Assembly: GCA_964016885.1 (NCBI GenBank)
Contig: OZ024743.1
Span: 80,228,001 to 80,292,000 of the forward strand
From: Eledone cirrhosa
Lineage: Eukaryota
Length of the DNA: 64,000 nt
Direction: 5' to 3'
The position numbers and the translations under genes are program-made. Under the pieces are notes generated by a model that was not told the DNA's origin, searched no databases, and worked only from the letters and a program-made list of their open reading frames with translations. This document shows positions 33,301 through 45,300 of this stretch, in pieces. Position 1 is the stretch's first letter; every line of letters begins with the position of its first letter.

Positions 33301-36300
33301 AGTTGGTGTAGAGGTTGTAGTAGTTGTTGTTGTCACTGTAGTTGGTGTAGAGGTTGTAGTTGTAGTTGTTGTCACTGTAGTTTGTGTAGAGGTTGTAGTA
33401 GTAGTTGTTGTCACTGTAGTTGGTGTAGAGGTTGTAGTAGTAGTTGTTGTCACTGTAGTTGGTGTAGAGGTTGTAGTAGTAGTTGTTGTCACTGTAGTTT
33501 GTGTAGAGGTTGTAGTAGTAGTTGTTGTCACTGTAGTTGGTGTAGAGTTTGTAGTAGTAGTTGTTGTCACTGTAGTTGGTGTAGATTTTGTTATAGTAGT
33601 TGTTGTCACTGTAGTTGGTGTAGAGGTTGAAGTTGTTGTTGTTGTCACTGTAGTTGGTATAGAGGTAGTAGTAGTTGTTGTCACTGTAGTTGGTGTAGAG
33701 ATTGTAGTAGTAGTTGTTGTCACTGTAGTTGGTGTAGAGGTTGTAGTAGTTGTTGTTGTCACTGTAGTTGGTGTAGAGGATGAAGTAGTAGTTGTTGTTG
33801 TCACTGTAGTTGGTGTAGAGGTTGTAGTAGTTGTTGTTGTCACTGTAGTTGGTGTAGAGGTTGTAGTAGTAGTTGTTGTCACTGTAGTTGGTGTAGAGGT
33901 TGTAGTAGTAGTTGTTGTCACTGTAGTTGGTGTAGATTTTGTTATAGTAGTTGTTGTCACTGTAGTTGGTGTAGAGGCTGAAGTTGTTGTTGTTGTCACT
34001 GTAGTTGGTATAGAGGTAGTAGTAGTTGTTGTCACTGTAGTTGGTGTAGAGATTGTAGTAGTAGTTGTTGTCACTGTAGTTGGTGTAGAGGTTGTAGTAG
34101 TTGTTGTTGTCACTGTAGTTGGTGTAGAGGTTGTAGTAGTAGTTGTTGTCACTGTAGTTGGTGTAGAGGTAGTAGTTGCTGTTGTTGTCACTGTAGTTGG
34201 TGGAGAAGTTGTAGTTGTTGTTGTTGTCACTGTAGTTGGTGTAGAGGTTGTAGTAGTTGTTGTTGTCACTGTAGTTGGTGTAGAGGTTGTAGTAGTAGTT
34301 GTTGTCACTGTAGTTGGTGTAGAGGTAGTAGTTGCTGTTGTTGTCACTGTAGTTGGTGTAGAGGTTGTAGTTGTTGTTGTTGTCACTGTAGTTGGTGTAG
34401 AGGTTGTAGTAGTTGTTGTTGTCACTGTAGTTGGTGTAGAGGTTGTAGTAGTAATTGTTGTCACTGTAGTTGGTGTAGAGGTAGTAGTTGCTGTTGTTGT
34501 CACTGTAGTTGGTGTAGAGGTTGTAGTTGTTGTTGTTGTCACTGTAGTTGGTGTAGAGGTTGTAGTTGTTGTTGTTGTCACTGTAGTTGTTGTAGAGGTT
34601 GTAGTAGCAGTAGTTGTTGTCACTGTAGAGGTTGTAGTAGTTGTTGTTGTCACTGTAGTTGGTGTAGTGGTTGTAGTAGTTGTTGTTGTCACTGTAGTTG
34701 GTGTAGAGGTTGTAGTAGTAGTTGTTGTCACTGTAGTTGGTGTAGAAGTTGTAGTAGTAGTCGTTGTTGTCACGGTAGTTGGTGTAGAGGTTGTAGTAGT
34801 AGTTGTTGTCACTGTAGTTGGTGTAGAGGTTGTAGTAGTAGTTGTTGTCACTGTAGTTGGTGTAGAGGTTGTAGTAGTTGTTGTTGTCACTGTAGTTGGT
34901 GTAGAGGTTGTAGTAGTAGTTGTTGTCACTGTAGTTGGTGTAGAGGTTGTAGTAGTAGTTGTTGTCACTGTAGTTGGTGTAGAGGTTGTAGTAGTTGTTG
35001 TTGTCACTGTAGAGGTTGTAGTAGTTGTTGTTGTCACTGTAGTTGGTGTAGAGGTTGTAGTAGTAGTTGTTGTCACTGTAGTTGGTGTAGAGGTTGTATT
35101 AGTTGTTCTTGTCACTGTAGTTGGTGTAGAGGTTGTAGTAGTAGTTGTTGTCACTGTAGTTGGTGTAGAGGTTGTAGTAGTAGTTGTTGTCACTGTAGTT
35201 GGTGTAGAGGTTGTAGTAGTTGTTGTTGTCACTGTAGTTGGTGTAGAGGTTGTAGTTGTTGTTGTTGTCACTGTAGTTGGTGTAGAGTTTGTAGTAGTAG
35301 TTGTCACTGTAGTTGGTGTAGAGGTTGTAGTAGTTGTTGTTGTCACTGTAGTTGGTGTAGAGGTTGTAGTAGTTGTTGTTGTTGTCACTGTAGTTGGTGT
35401 AGAGGTTGTAGTAGTTGTTGTTGTCACTGTAGTTGGTGTAGAGGTTGTAGTTGTTGTTGTTGTCACTGTAGTTGGTGTAGAGGTTGTAGTTGTTGTTGTT
35501 GTCACTGTAGTTGGTGTAGAGGATGTAGTAGTAGTTGTTGTCACTGTAGTTGGTGTAGAGGTTGTAGTAGTTGTTGTTGTCACTGTAGTGTGTGTAGAGG
35601 TTGTAGTAGTAGTTGTTGTCACTGTAGTTGGTGTAGAGGTTGTAGTAGTTGTTGTTGTCACAGTAGAGGTTGTAGTAGTTGTTGTTGTCACTGTAGTTGG
35701 TATAGAGGTTGTAGTAGTTGTCACTGTAGTTGGTGTAGAGGATGTAGTAGTAGTTGTTGTCTCTGTAGTTGGTCTAGAGGTAGTAGTAGTTGTTGTTGTC
35801 ACTGTAGTTGGTGTAGAGGTTGTAGTAGTAGTTGTTGTCACTGTAGTTGGTGTAGAGGTAGTAGTAGTTGTTGTTGTCACTGTAGTTGGTGTAGAGGTTG
35901 TAGTAGTAGTTGTTGTCACTGTAGTTGGTGTAGAGGTTGTAGTAGTAGTTGTTGTCACTGTAGTTGGTGTAGAGGTTGTAGTAGTAGTTGTTGTCACTGT
36001 AGTTGGTGTAGAGGTTGTAGTTGTAGTTGTTGTCACTGTAGTTTGTGTAGAGGTTGTAGTAGTTGTTGTTGTCACTGTAGTTGGTGTAGAGGATGAAGTA
36101 GTAGTTGTTGTTGTCACTGTAGTTGGTGTAGAGGTTGTAGTAGTTGTTGTCAATTTAGTTGGTGTAAAGGTTGTAGTAGTAGTTGTTGTTGTCACTGTAG
36201 TTGGTGTAGAGGTTGTAGTAGTTGTTGTTGTCACTGTAGTTGGTGTAGAGGTTGTAGTTGTAGTTGTTGTCACTGTAGTTTGTGTAGAGGTTGTAGTAGT

Positions 36301-39300
36301 AGTTGTTGTTGTCACTGTAGTTGGTGTAGAGTTTGTAGTTCTAGTTGTTGTCACTGTAGTTGGTGTAGAGGTAGTAGTAGTTGTTGTTGTCACTGTAGTT
36401 GGTGTAGAGGTTGTAGTAGTAGTTGTTGTCACTGTAGTTGGTGTAGAGGTTGTAGTAGTAGTTGTTGTTGTCACCGTAGTTGGTGTAGAGGTTGTAGTAG
36501 TAGTTGTTGTCAATTTAGTTGGTGGAAAGGTTGTAGTAGTAGTTGTTGTTGTCACTGTAGTTGGTGTAGAGGTTGTAGTAGTTGTTGTTGTCACTGTAGT
36601 TGGTGTACAGGTTGTAGTTGTAGTTGTTGTCACTGTAGTTTGTGTAGAGGTTGTAGTAGTAGTTGTTGTCACTGTAGTTGGTGTAGAGGTTGAAGTAGTA
36701 GTTGTTGTCAATGTAGTTGGTGTAGAGGTTGTAGTTGTAGTTGTTGTCACTGTAGTTTGTGTAGAGTTTGTAGTAGTTGTTGTTGTCACTGTAGTTGGTG
36801 TAGAGGATGAAGTAGTAGTTGTTGTTGTCACTGTAGTTGGTGTAGAGGTTGTAGTAGTTGTTGTCACTGTAGTTGGTGTAGAGGTTGTAGTAGTAGTTGT
36901 TGTCACTGTAGTTGGTGTAGAGGTTGTAGTAGTAGTTGTTGTCACTGTAGTTGGTGTAGATTTTGTTATAGTAGTTGTTGTCACTGTAGTTGGTGTAGAG
37001 GTTGTAGTTGTTGTTGTTGTCACTGTAGTTGGTATAGAGGTAGTAGTAGTTGTTGTCACTGTAGTTGGTGTAGAGATTGTAGTAGTAGTTGTTGTCACTG
37101 TAGTTGGTGTAGAGGTTGTAGTAGTTGTTGTTGTCACTGTAGTTGGTGTAGAGGTTGTAGTAGTAGTTGTTGTCACTGTAGTTGGTGTAGAGGTAGTAGT
37201 TGCTGTTGTTGTCACTGTAGTTGGTGGAGAAGTTGTAGTTGTTGTTGTTGTCACTGTAGTTGGTGTAGAGGTTGTAGTAGTAGTTGTTGTCACTGTAGTT
37301 GGTGTAGAGGTTGTAGTAGTTGTTGTTGTCACTGTAGTTGGTGTAGAGGTTGTAGTAGTAGTTGTTGTCACTGTAGTTGGTGTAGAGGTAGTAGTTGCTG
37401 TTGTTGTCACTGTAGTTAGTGTAGAGGTTGTAGTTGTTGTTGTTGTCACTGTAGTTGGTGTAGAGGTTGTAGTAGTTGTTGTTGTCACTGTAGTTGGTGT
37501 AGAGGTTGTAGTAGTAGTTGTTGTCACTGTAGTTGGTGTAGAGGTAGTAGTTGCTGTTTTTGTCACTGTAGTTGGTGTAGAGGTTGTAGTTGTTGTTGTT
37601 GTCACTGTAGTTGGTGTAGAGGTTGTAGTTGTTGTTGTTGTCACTGTAGTTGGTGTAGAGGTTGTAGTAGCAGTAGTTGTTGTCACTGTAGAGGTTGTAG
37701 TAGTTGTTGTTGTCACTGTAGTTGGTGTAGAGGTTGTAGTAGCAGTAGTTGTCACTGTAGTTGGTGTAGAGGTTGTAGTAGTAGTTGTTGTCACTGTAGT
37801 TGGTGTAGAAGTTGTAGTAGTAGTCGTTGTTGTCACGGTAGTTGGTGTAGAGGTTGTAGTAGTAGTTGTTGTCACTGTAGTTGGTGTAGAGGTTGTAGTA
37901 GTAGTTGTTGTCACTGTAGTTGGTGTAGAGGTTGTAGTAGTTGTTGTTGTCACTGTAGTTGGTGTAGAGGTTGTAGTAGTAGTTGTTGTCACTGTAGTTG
38001 GTGTAGAGGTTGTAGTAGTAGTTGTTGTCACTGTAGTTGGTGTAGAGGTTGTAGTAGTTGTTGTTGTCAATGTAGAGGTTGTAGTAGTTGTTGTTGTCAC
38101 TGTAGTTGGTGTAGAGGTTGTAGTAGTAGTTGTTGTCACTGTAGTTGGTGTAGAGGTTGTAGTAGTAGTTGTTGTCACTGTAGTTGGTGTAGAGGTTGTA
38201 GTAGTAGTTGTTGTCACTGTAGTTGGTGTAGAGGTTGTAGTAGTTGTTGTTGTCACTGTAGTTGGTGTAGAGGTTGTAGTTGTTGTTGTTGTCACTGTAG
38301 TTGGTGTAGTGGTTGTAGTAGTAGTTGTTGTCACTGTAGTTGGTGTAGAGGTTGTAGTAGTTGTTGTTGTCACTGTAGTTGGTGTAGAGGTTGTAGTAGT
38401 TGTTGTTGTCACTGTAGTTGGTGTAGAGGTTGTAGTAGTTGTTGTTGTCACTGTAGTTGGTGTAGAGGTTGTAGTTGTTGTTGTTGTCACTGTAGTTGGT
38501 GTAGAGGTTGTAGTTGTTGTTGTTGTCACTGTAGTTGGTGTAGAGGATGTAGTAGAAGTTGTTGTCACTGTAGTTGGTGTAGAGGTTGTAGTAGTTGTTG
38601 TTGTCACTGTAGTGGGTGTAGAGGTTGTAGTAGTAGTTGTTGTCACTGTAGTTGGTGTAGAGGTTGTAGTAGTTGTTGTTGTCACTGTAGAGTTTGTAGT
38701 AGTTGTTGTTGTCACTGTAGTTGGTGTAGAGGTTGTAGTTGTAGTTGTTGTCACTGTAGTTTGTGTAGAGGTTGTAGTAGTTGTTGTTGTCACTGTAGTT
38801 GGTGTAGAGGATGAAGTAGTAGTTGTTGTTGTCACTGTAGTTGGTGTAGAGGTTGTAGTAGTTGTTGTTGTCACTGTAGTTGGTGTAGAGGTTGTAGTAG
38901 TAGTTGTTCTCACTGTAGTTGGTGTAGAGGTTGTAGTTGTTGTTGTTGTCACTGTAGTTGGTGTAGAGGTTGTAGTAGTAGTTGGTGTAGAGGTTGTAGT
39001 AGTACTTGTTGTCACTGTAGTTGGTGTAGAGGTTGTAGTAGTAGTTGTTGTCACTGTAGTTGGTGTAGAGGTAGTAGTTGCTGTTGTTGTCACTGTAGTT
39101 GGTGTAGAGGTTGTAGTTGTTGTTGTTGTCACTGTAGTTGGTGTAGAGGTTGTAGTAGTAGTTGTTGTCACTGTAGTTGGTGTAGAGGTTGTAGTAGTTG
39201 TTGTTGTCACTGTAGTTGGTGTAAAGGTTGTAGTAGTAGTTGTTGTCACTGTAGTTGGTGTAGAGGTAGTAGTTGCTGTTGTTGTCACTGTAGTTGGTGT

Positions 39301-42300
39301 AGAGGTTGTAGTTGTTGTTGTTGTCACTGTAGTTGGTGTAGAGGTTGTAGTAGTTGTTGTTGTCACTGTAGTTGGTGTAGAGGTTGTAGTAGTAGTTGTT
39401 GTCACTGTAGTTGGTGTAGAGGTAGTAGTTGCTGTTGTTGTCACTGTAGTTGGTGTAGAGGTTGTAGTTGTTGTTGTTGTCACTGTATTTGGTGTAGAGG
39501 TTGTAGTTGTTGTTGTTGTCACTGTAGTTGGTGTAGAGGTTGTAGTAGCAGTAGTTGTTGTCACTGTAGAGGTTGTAGTAGTTGTTGTTGTCACTGTAGT
39601 TGGTGTAGAGGTTGTAGTAGTTGTTGTTGTCACTGTAGTTGGTGTAGAGGTTGTAGTAGTTGTTGTTGTCACTGTAGTTGGTGTAGAAGTTGTAGTAGTA
39701 GTCGTTGTTGTCACGGTAGTTGGTGTAGAGGTTGTAGTAGTAGTTGTTGTCACTGTAGTTGGTGTAGAGGTTGTAGTAGTAGTTGTTGTCACTGTAGTTG
39801 GTGTAGAGGTTGTAGTAGTTGTTGTTGTCACTGTAGTTGGTGTAGAGGTTGTAGTAGTAGTTGTTGTCACTGTAGTTGGTGTAGAGGTTGTAGTAGTAGT
39901 TGTTGTCACTGTAGTTGGTGTAGAGGTTGTAGTAGTTGTTGTTGTCACTGTAGAGGTTGTAGTAGTTGTTGTTGTCACTGTAGTTGGTGTAGAGGTTGTA
40001 GTAGTAGTTGTTGTCACTGTAGTTGGTGTAGAGGTTGTATTAGTTGTTGTTGTCACTGTAGTTGGTGTAGAGGTTGTAGTAGTAGTTGTTGTCACTGTAG
40101 TTGGTGTAGAGGTTGTAGTAGTAGTTGTTGTCACTGTAGTTGGTGTAGAGGTTGTAGTAGTTGTTGTTGTCACTGTAGTTGGTGTAGAGGTTGTAGTTGT
40201 TGTTGTTGTCACTGTAGTTGGTGTAGAGGTTGTAGTAGTTGTTGTCACTGTAGTTGGTGTAGAGGTTGTAGTAGTTGTTGTTGTCACTGTAGTTGGTGTA
40301 GAGGTTGTAGTAGTTGTTGTTGTCACTGTAGTTGGTGTAGAGGTTGTAGTAGTTGTTGTTGTCACTGTAGTTGGTGTAGAGGTTGTAGTTGTTGTTGTTG
40401 TCACTGTAGTTGGTGTAGAGGTTGTAGTTGTTGTTGTTGTCACTGTAGTTGGTGTAGAGGTTGTAGTAGTAGTTGTTGTCACTGTAGTTGGTGTAGAGGT
40501 TGTAGTAGTTGTTGTTGTCACTGTAGTGGGTGTAGAGGTTGTAGTAGTAGTTGTCGTCACTGTAGTTGGTGTAGAGGTTGTAGTAGTTGTTGTTGTCACT
40601 GTAGAGGTTGTAGTAGTTGTTGTTGTCACTGTAGTTGGTGTAGAGGTTGTAGTAGTTGTCACTGTAGTTGGTGTAGAGGATGTAGTAGTAGTTGTTGTCT
40701 CTGTAGTTGGTCTAGAGGTAGTAGTAGTTGTTGTTGTCACTGTAGTTGGTGTAGAGGTTGTAGTAGTAGTTGTTGTCACTGTAGTTGGTGTAGAGGTAGT
40801 AGTAGTTGTTGTTGTCACTGTAGTTGGTGTAGAGGTTGTAGTAGTAGTTGTTGTCACTGTAGTTGGTGTAGAGGTTGTAGTAGTAGTTGTTGTTGTCACT
40901 GTAGTTGGTGTAGAGGTTGTAGTAGTAGTTGTTGTCAATTTAGTTGGTGTAAAGGTTGTAGTAGTAGTTGTTGTTGTCACTGTAGTTGGTGTAGAGGTTG
41001 TAGTAGTTGTTGTTGTCACTGTAGTTGGTGTAGAGGTTGTAGTAGTTGTTGTTGTCACTGTAGTTGGTGTAGAGGTTGTAGTAGTAGTTGTTGACACTGT
41101 AGTTGGTGTAGAGGTTGTAGTAGTAGTTGTTGTCACTGTAGTTGGTGTAGAGGTTGTAGTTGTAGTTGTTGTCACTGTAGTTTGTGTAGAGGTTGTAGTA
41201 GTTGTTGTTGTCACTGTAGTTGGTGTAGAGGATGAAGTAGTAGTTGTTGTTGTCACTGTAGTTGGTGTAGAGGTTGTAGTAGTAGTTGTTGTCACTGTAG
41301 TTGGTGTAGAGGTTGTAGTAGTTGTCACTGTAGTTGGTGTAGAGGATGTAGTAGTAGTTGTTGTCTCTGTAGTTGGTCTAGAGGTAGTAGTAGTTGTTGT
41401 TGTCACTGTAGTTGGTGTAGAGGTTGTAGTAGTAGTTGTTGTCACTGTAGTTGGTGTAGAGGTTGTAGTTGTTGTTGTTGTCACTGTAGTTGGTGTAGAG
41501 GTTGTAGTTGTTGTTGTTGTCACTGTAGTTGGTGTAGAGGTTGTAGTAGCAGTAGTTGTTGTCACTGTAGAGGTTGTAGTAGTTGTTGTTGTCACTGTAG
41601 TTGGTGTAGAGGTTGTAGTTGCTGTTGTTGTCACTGTAGTTGGTGTAAAGGTTGTAGTAGTTGTTATTGTTCTCACTGTAGTTGGTGTAGAGGTTGTAGT
41701 AGTAGTTCTGGTCACTGTAGTTGGTGTAGAGGTTGTAGTTGTTGTTGTTGTCACTGTAGTTGGTGTAGAGGTTGTAGTAGTAGTTGTTGACACTGTAGTT
41801 GGTGTAGAGGTTGTAGTAGTAGTTGTTGTCACTGTAGTTGGTGTAGAGGTTGTAGTTGTAGTTGTTGTCACTGTAGTTTGTGTAGAGGTTGTAGTAGTTG
41901 TTGTTGTCACTGTAGTTGGTGTAGAGGATGAAGTAGTAGTTGTTGTTGTCACTGTAGTTGGTGTAGAGGTTGTAGTAGTAGTTGTTGTCACTGTAGTTGG
42001 TGTAGAGGTTGTAGTAGTTGTCACTGTAGTTGGTGTAGAGGATGTAGTAGTAGTTGTTGTCTCTGTAGTTGGTCTAGAGGTAGTAGTAGTTGTTGTTGTC
42101 ACTGTAGTTGGTGTAGAGGTTGTAGTAGTAGTTGTTGTCACTGTAGTTGGTGTAGAGGTTGTAGTTGTTGTTGTTGTCACTGTAGTTGGTGTAGAGGTTG
42201 TAGTTGTTGTTGTTGTCACCGTAGTTGGTGTAGAGGTTGTAGTAGCAGTAGTTGTTGTCACTGTAGAGGTTGTAGTAGTTGTTGTTGTCACTGTAGTTGG

Positions 42301-45300
42301 TGTAGAGGTTGTAGTTGCTGTTGTTGTCACTGTAGTTGGTGTAAAGGTTGTAGTAGTTGTTATTGTTCTCACTGTAGTTGGTGTAGAGGTTGTAGTAGTA
42401 GTTCTGGTCACTGTAGTTGGTGTAGAGGTTGTAGTTGTTGTTGTTGTCACTGTAGTTGTTGTAGAGGTTGTAGTAGTAGTTGTTGTCACTGTAGTTGGAG
42501 TAGAGGTTGTAGTAGTAGTTGTTGTCACTGTAGTTGGTGTAGAGTTTGTAGTAGTAGTTGTTGTCACTGTAGTTGGTGTAGAGATTGCAGTAGTAGTTGT
42601 TGTCACTGTAGTTGGTGTAGAGGTAGTAGTAGTTGTTGTCACTGTAGTTGGTGTAGAGATTGTAGTAGTAGTTGTTGTCACTGTAGTTGGTGTAGAGATT
42701 GCAGTAGTAGTTGTTGTCACTGTAGTTGGTGTAGAGGTAGTAGTAGTAGTTGTTGTCACTGTAGATGTTGTAGAGGTTGTAGTAGTAGTTGTTGTCACTG
42801 TAGCTGGTGTAGAGGTTATAGTAGTAGTTGTTGTCACTGTAGTTGGTGTAGAGTTTGTAGTAGTAGTTGTTGTCACTGTAGTTGGTGTAGAGGTTGTAGT
42901 TGCGGTTGTTGTCACTGTAGTTGGTGTAGAGGTTGTAGTTGTTGTTGTTGTCACTGTAGTTGGTGTAGAGGTTGTAGTTGCTGTTGTTGTCACTGTAGTT
43001 GGTGTACAGGTTGTAGTTGTTGTTGTTGTCACTGTAGTTGGTGTAGAGGTTGTAGTAGTTGTTGTTGTCACTGTAGTTGGTGTAGAGGTTGTAGTAGTAG
43101 TTGTTGTCACTGTAGTTGGTGTAGAGGTTGTAGTTGTTGTTGTTGTCACTGTAGTTGGTGTAGAGGTTGTAGTAGTAGTTCTTGTCATTGTAGTTGGTGT
43201 AGAGGTTGTAGTAGTAGTTGTTGTCACTGTAGTTAGTGTAGAGGTAGTAGTTGCTGTTGTTGTCACTGTAGTTGGTGTAGAGGTTGTAGTTGTTGTTGTT
43301 GTCACTGTAGTTGGTGTAGAGGTTGTAGTAGTAGTTGTTGTCACTGTAGTTGGTGTAGAGGTTGTAGTAGTTGTTGTTGTCACTGTAGTTGGTGTAGAGG
43401 TTGTAGTAGTAGTTGTTGTCACTGTAGTTGGTGTAGCGGTAGTAGTAGTAGTTGTTGTTGTCACTGTAGTTGGTGTAGAGGTTGTAGTAGTAGTTGTTGT
43501 CATTGTAGTTGGTGTAGAGGTTGTAGTAGTAGTTGTTGTCACTGTAGTTGGTGTAGAGGTTGTAGTAGTAGTTGTTGTCACTGTAGTTGGTGTAGAGGTT
43601 GTAGTAGTTGTTGTTGTCACTGTAGTTGGTGTAGAGGTTGTAGTAGTAGTTGTTGTCACTGTAGTTGGTGTAGAGGTTGTAGTAGTTGTTGTTGTCACTG
43701 TAGTTGGTGTAGAGGTTGTAGTAGTAGTTGTTGTCACTGTAGTTGGTGTAGAGGTTGTAGTAGTAGTTGTTGTCACTGTAGTTGGTGTAGAGGTTGTAGT
43801 AGTAGTTGTTGTTGTCACTGTAGTTGGTGTAGAGGTTGTAGTAGTAGTTGTTGTCACTGTAGTTGGTGTAGAGGTTGTAGTAGTAGTTATTGTCACTGTA
43901 GTTGGTGTAGAGGTTGTAGTAGTAGTTGTTGTCACTGTAGTTGGTGTAGAGGTTGTAGTAGTAGTTGTTGTCACGGTAGTTGGTGTAGAGGTTGTAGTAG
44001 TTGTTGTTGTCACTATAGAGGTTGTAGTAGTTGTTGTTGTCACTGTAGTTGGTGTAGAGGTTGTAGTAGTAGTTGTTGTTGTCACTGTAGTTGGTGTAGA
44101 GGTTGTAGTAGTAGTTGTTGTCACTGTAGTTGGTGTAGAGGTTGTAGTAGTAGTTGTTGTCACTGTAGTTGGTGTAGAGGATGTAGTAGTAGATGTTGTC
44201 ACTGTAGTTTGTGTAGAGGTTGTAGTAGTAGTTGTTGTCACTGTAGTTGGTGTAGAGGTTGTAGTAGTAGTTGTTGTCACTGTAGTTGGTGTAGAGGTTG
44301 TAGTAGTTGTTGTTGTCACTGTAGTTGGTGTAGGGGTTGTAGTAGTTGTTGTTGTCACTGTAGTTGGTGTAGAGGTTGTAGTAGTAGTTGTTGTCACTGT
44401 AGTTGGTGTAGAGGTTGTAGTAGTAGTTGTTGTCACTGTAGTTGGTGTAGAGGTTGTAGTAGTTGTTGTTGTCACTGTAGTTGGTGTAGAGGTTGTAGTA
44501 GTAGTTGTTGTCACTGTAGTTGGTGTAGAGGTTGTAGTAGTAGTTGTTGTCATTGTTGTTGGTGTAGAGGTTGTAGTAGTAGTAGTTGTTGTCACTGTAG
44601 TTGGTGTAGAGGTTGTAGTAGTAGTTGTTGTCACTGTAGTTGGCGTAGAGGTTGTAGTAGTAGTAGTTGTTGTCACTGTAGTTGGTGTAGAGGTTGTAGT
44701 AGTAGTTGTTGTCACTGTAGTTGGTGTAGAGGTTGTAGTAGTAGTTGTTGTCACTGTAGTTGGTGTAGAGGTAGTAGTAGTAGTTGTTGTTGTCACTGTA
44801 GTTGGTGTAGAGGTTGTAGTAGTAGTTGTTGTCACTGTAGTTGGTGTAGGGGTTGTAGTAGTTGTTGTTGTCACTGTAGTTGGTGTAGAGGTTGTAGTAG
44901 TTGTTGTTGTCACTGTAGTTGGTGTAGAGGTTGTAGTAGTAGTTGTTCTTGTCACTGTAGTTGGTGTAGAGGTTGTAGTAGTTGTTGTTGTCACTGTAGT
45001 TGGTGTAGAGGTTGTAGTAGTTGTTGTTGTTGTCACTATAGTTGGTGTAGAGGTTGTAGTAGTAGTTGTTGTCACTGTAGTTGGTGTAGAGGTTGTAGTA
45101 GTAGTTGTTGTCACTGTAGTTGGTGTAGAGGTTGTAGTAGTAGTTGTTGTCACTGTAGTTGGTGTAGAGGTTGTAGTAGTAGTTGTTGTCACTGTAGTTG
45201 GTGTAGAGTTTGTAGTAGTAGTTGTTGTCACTGTAGTTGGTGTAGAGATTGTAGTAGTTGTTGTTGTCACTGTAGTTGGTGTAGAGGTTGTAGTAGTAGT

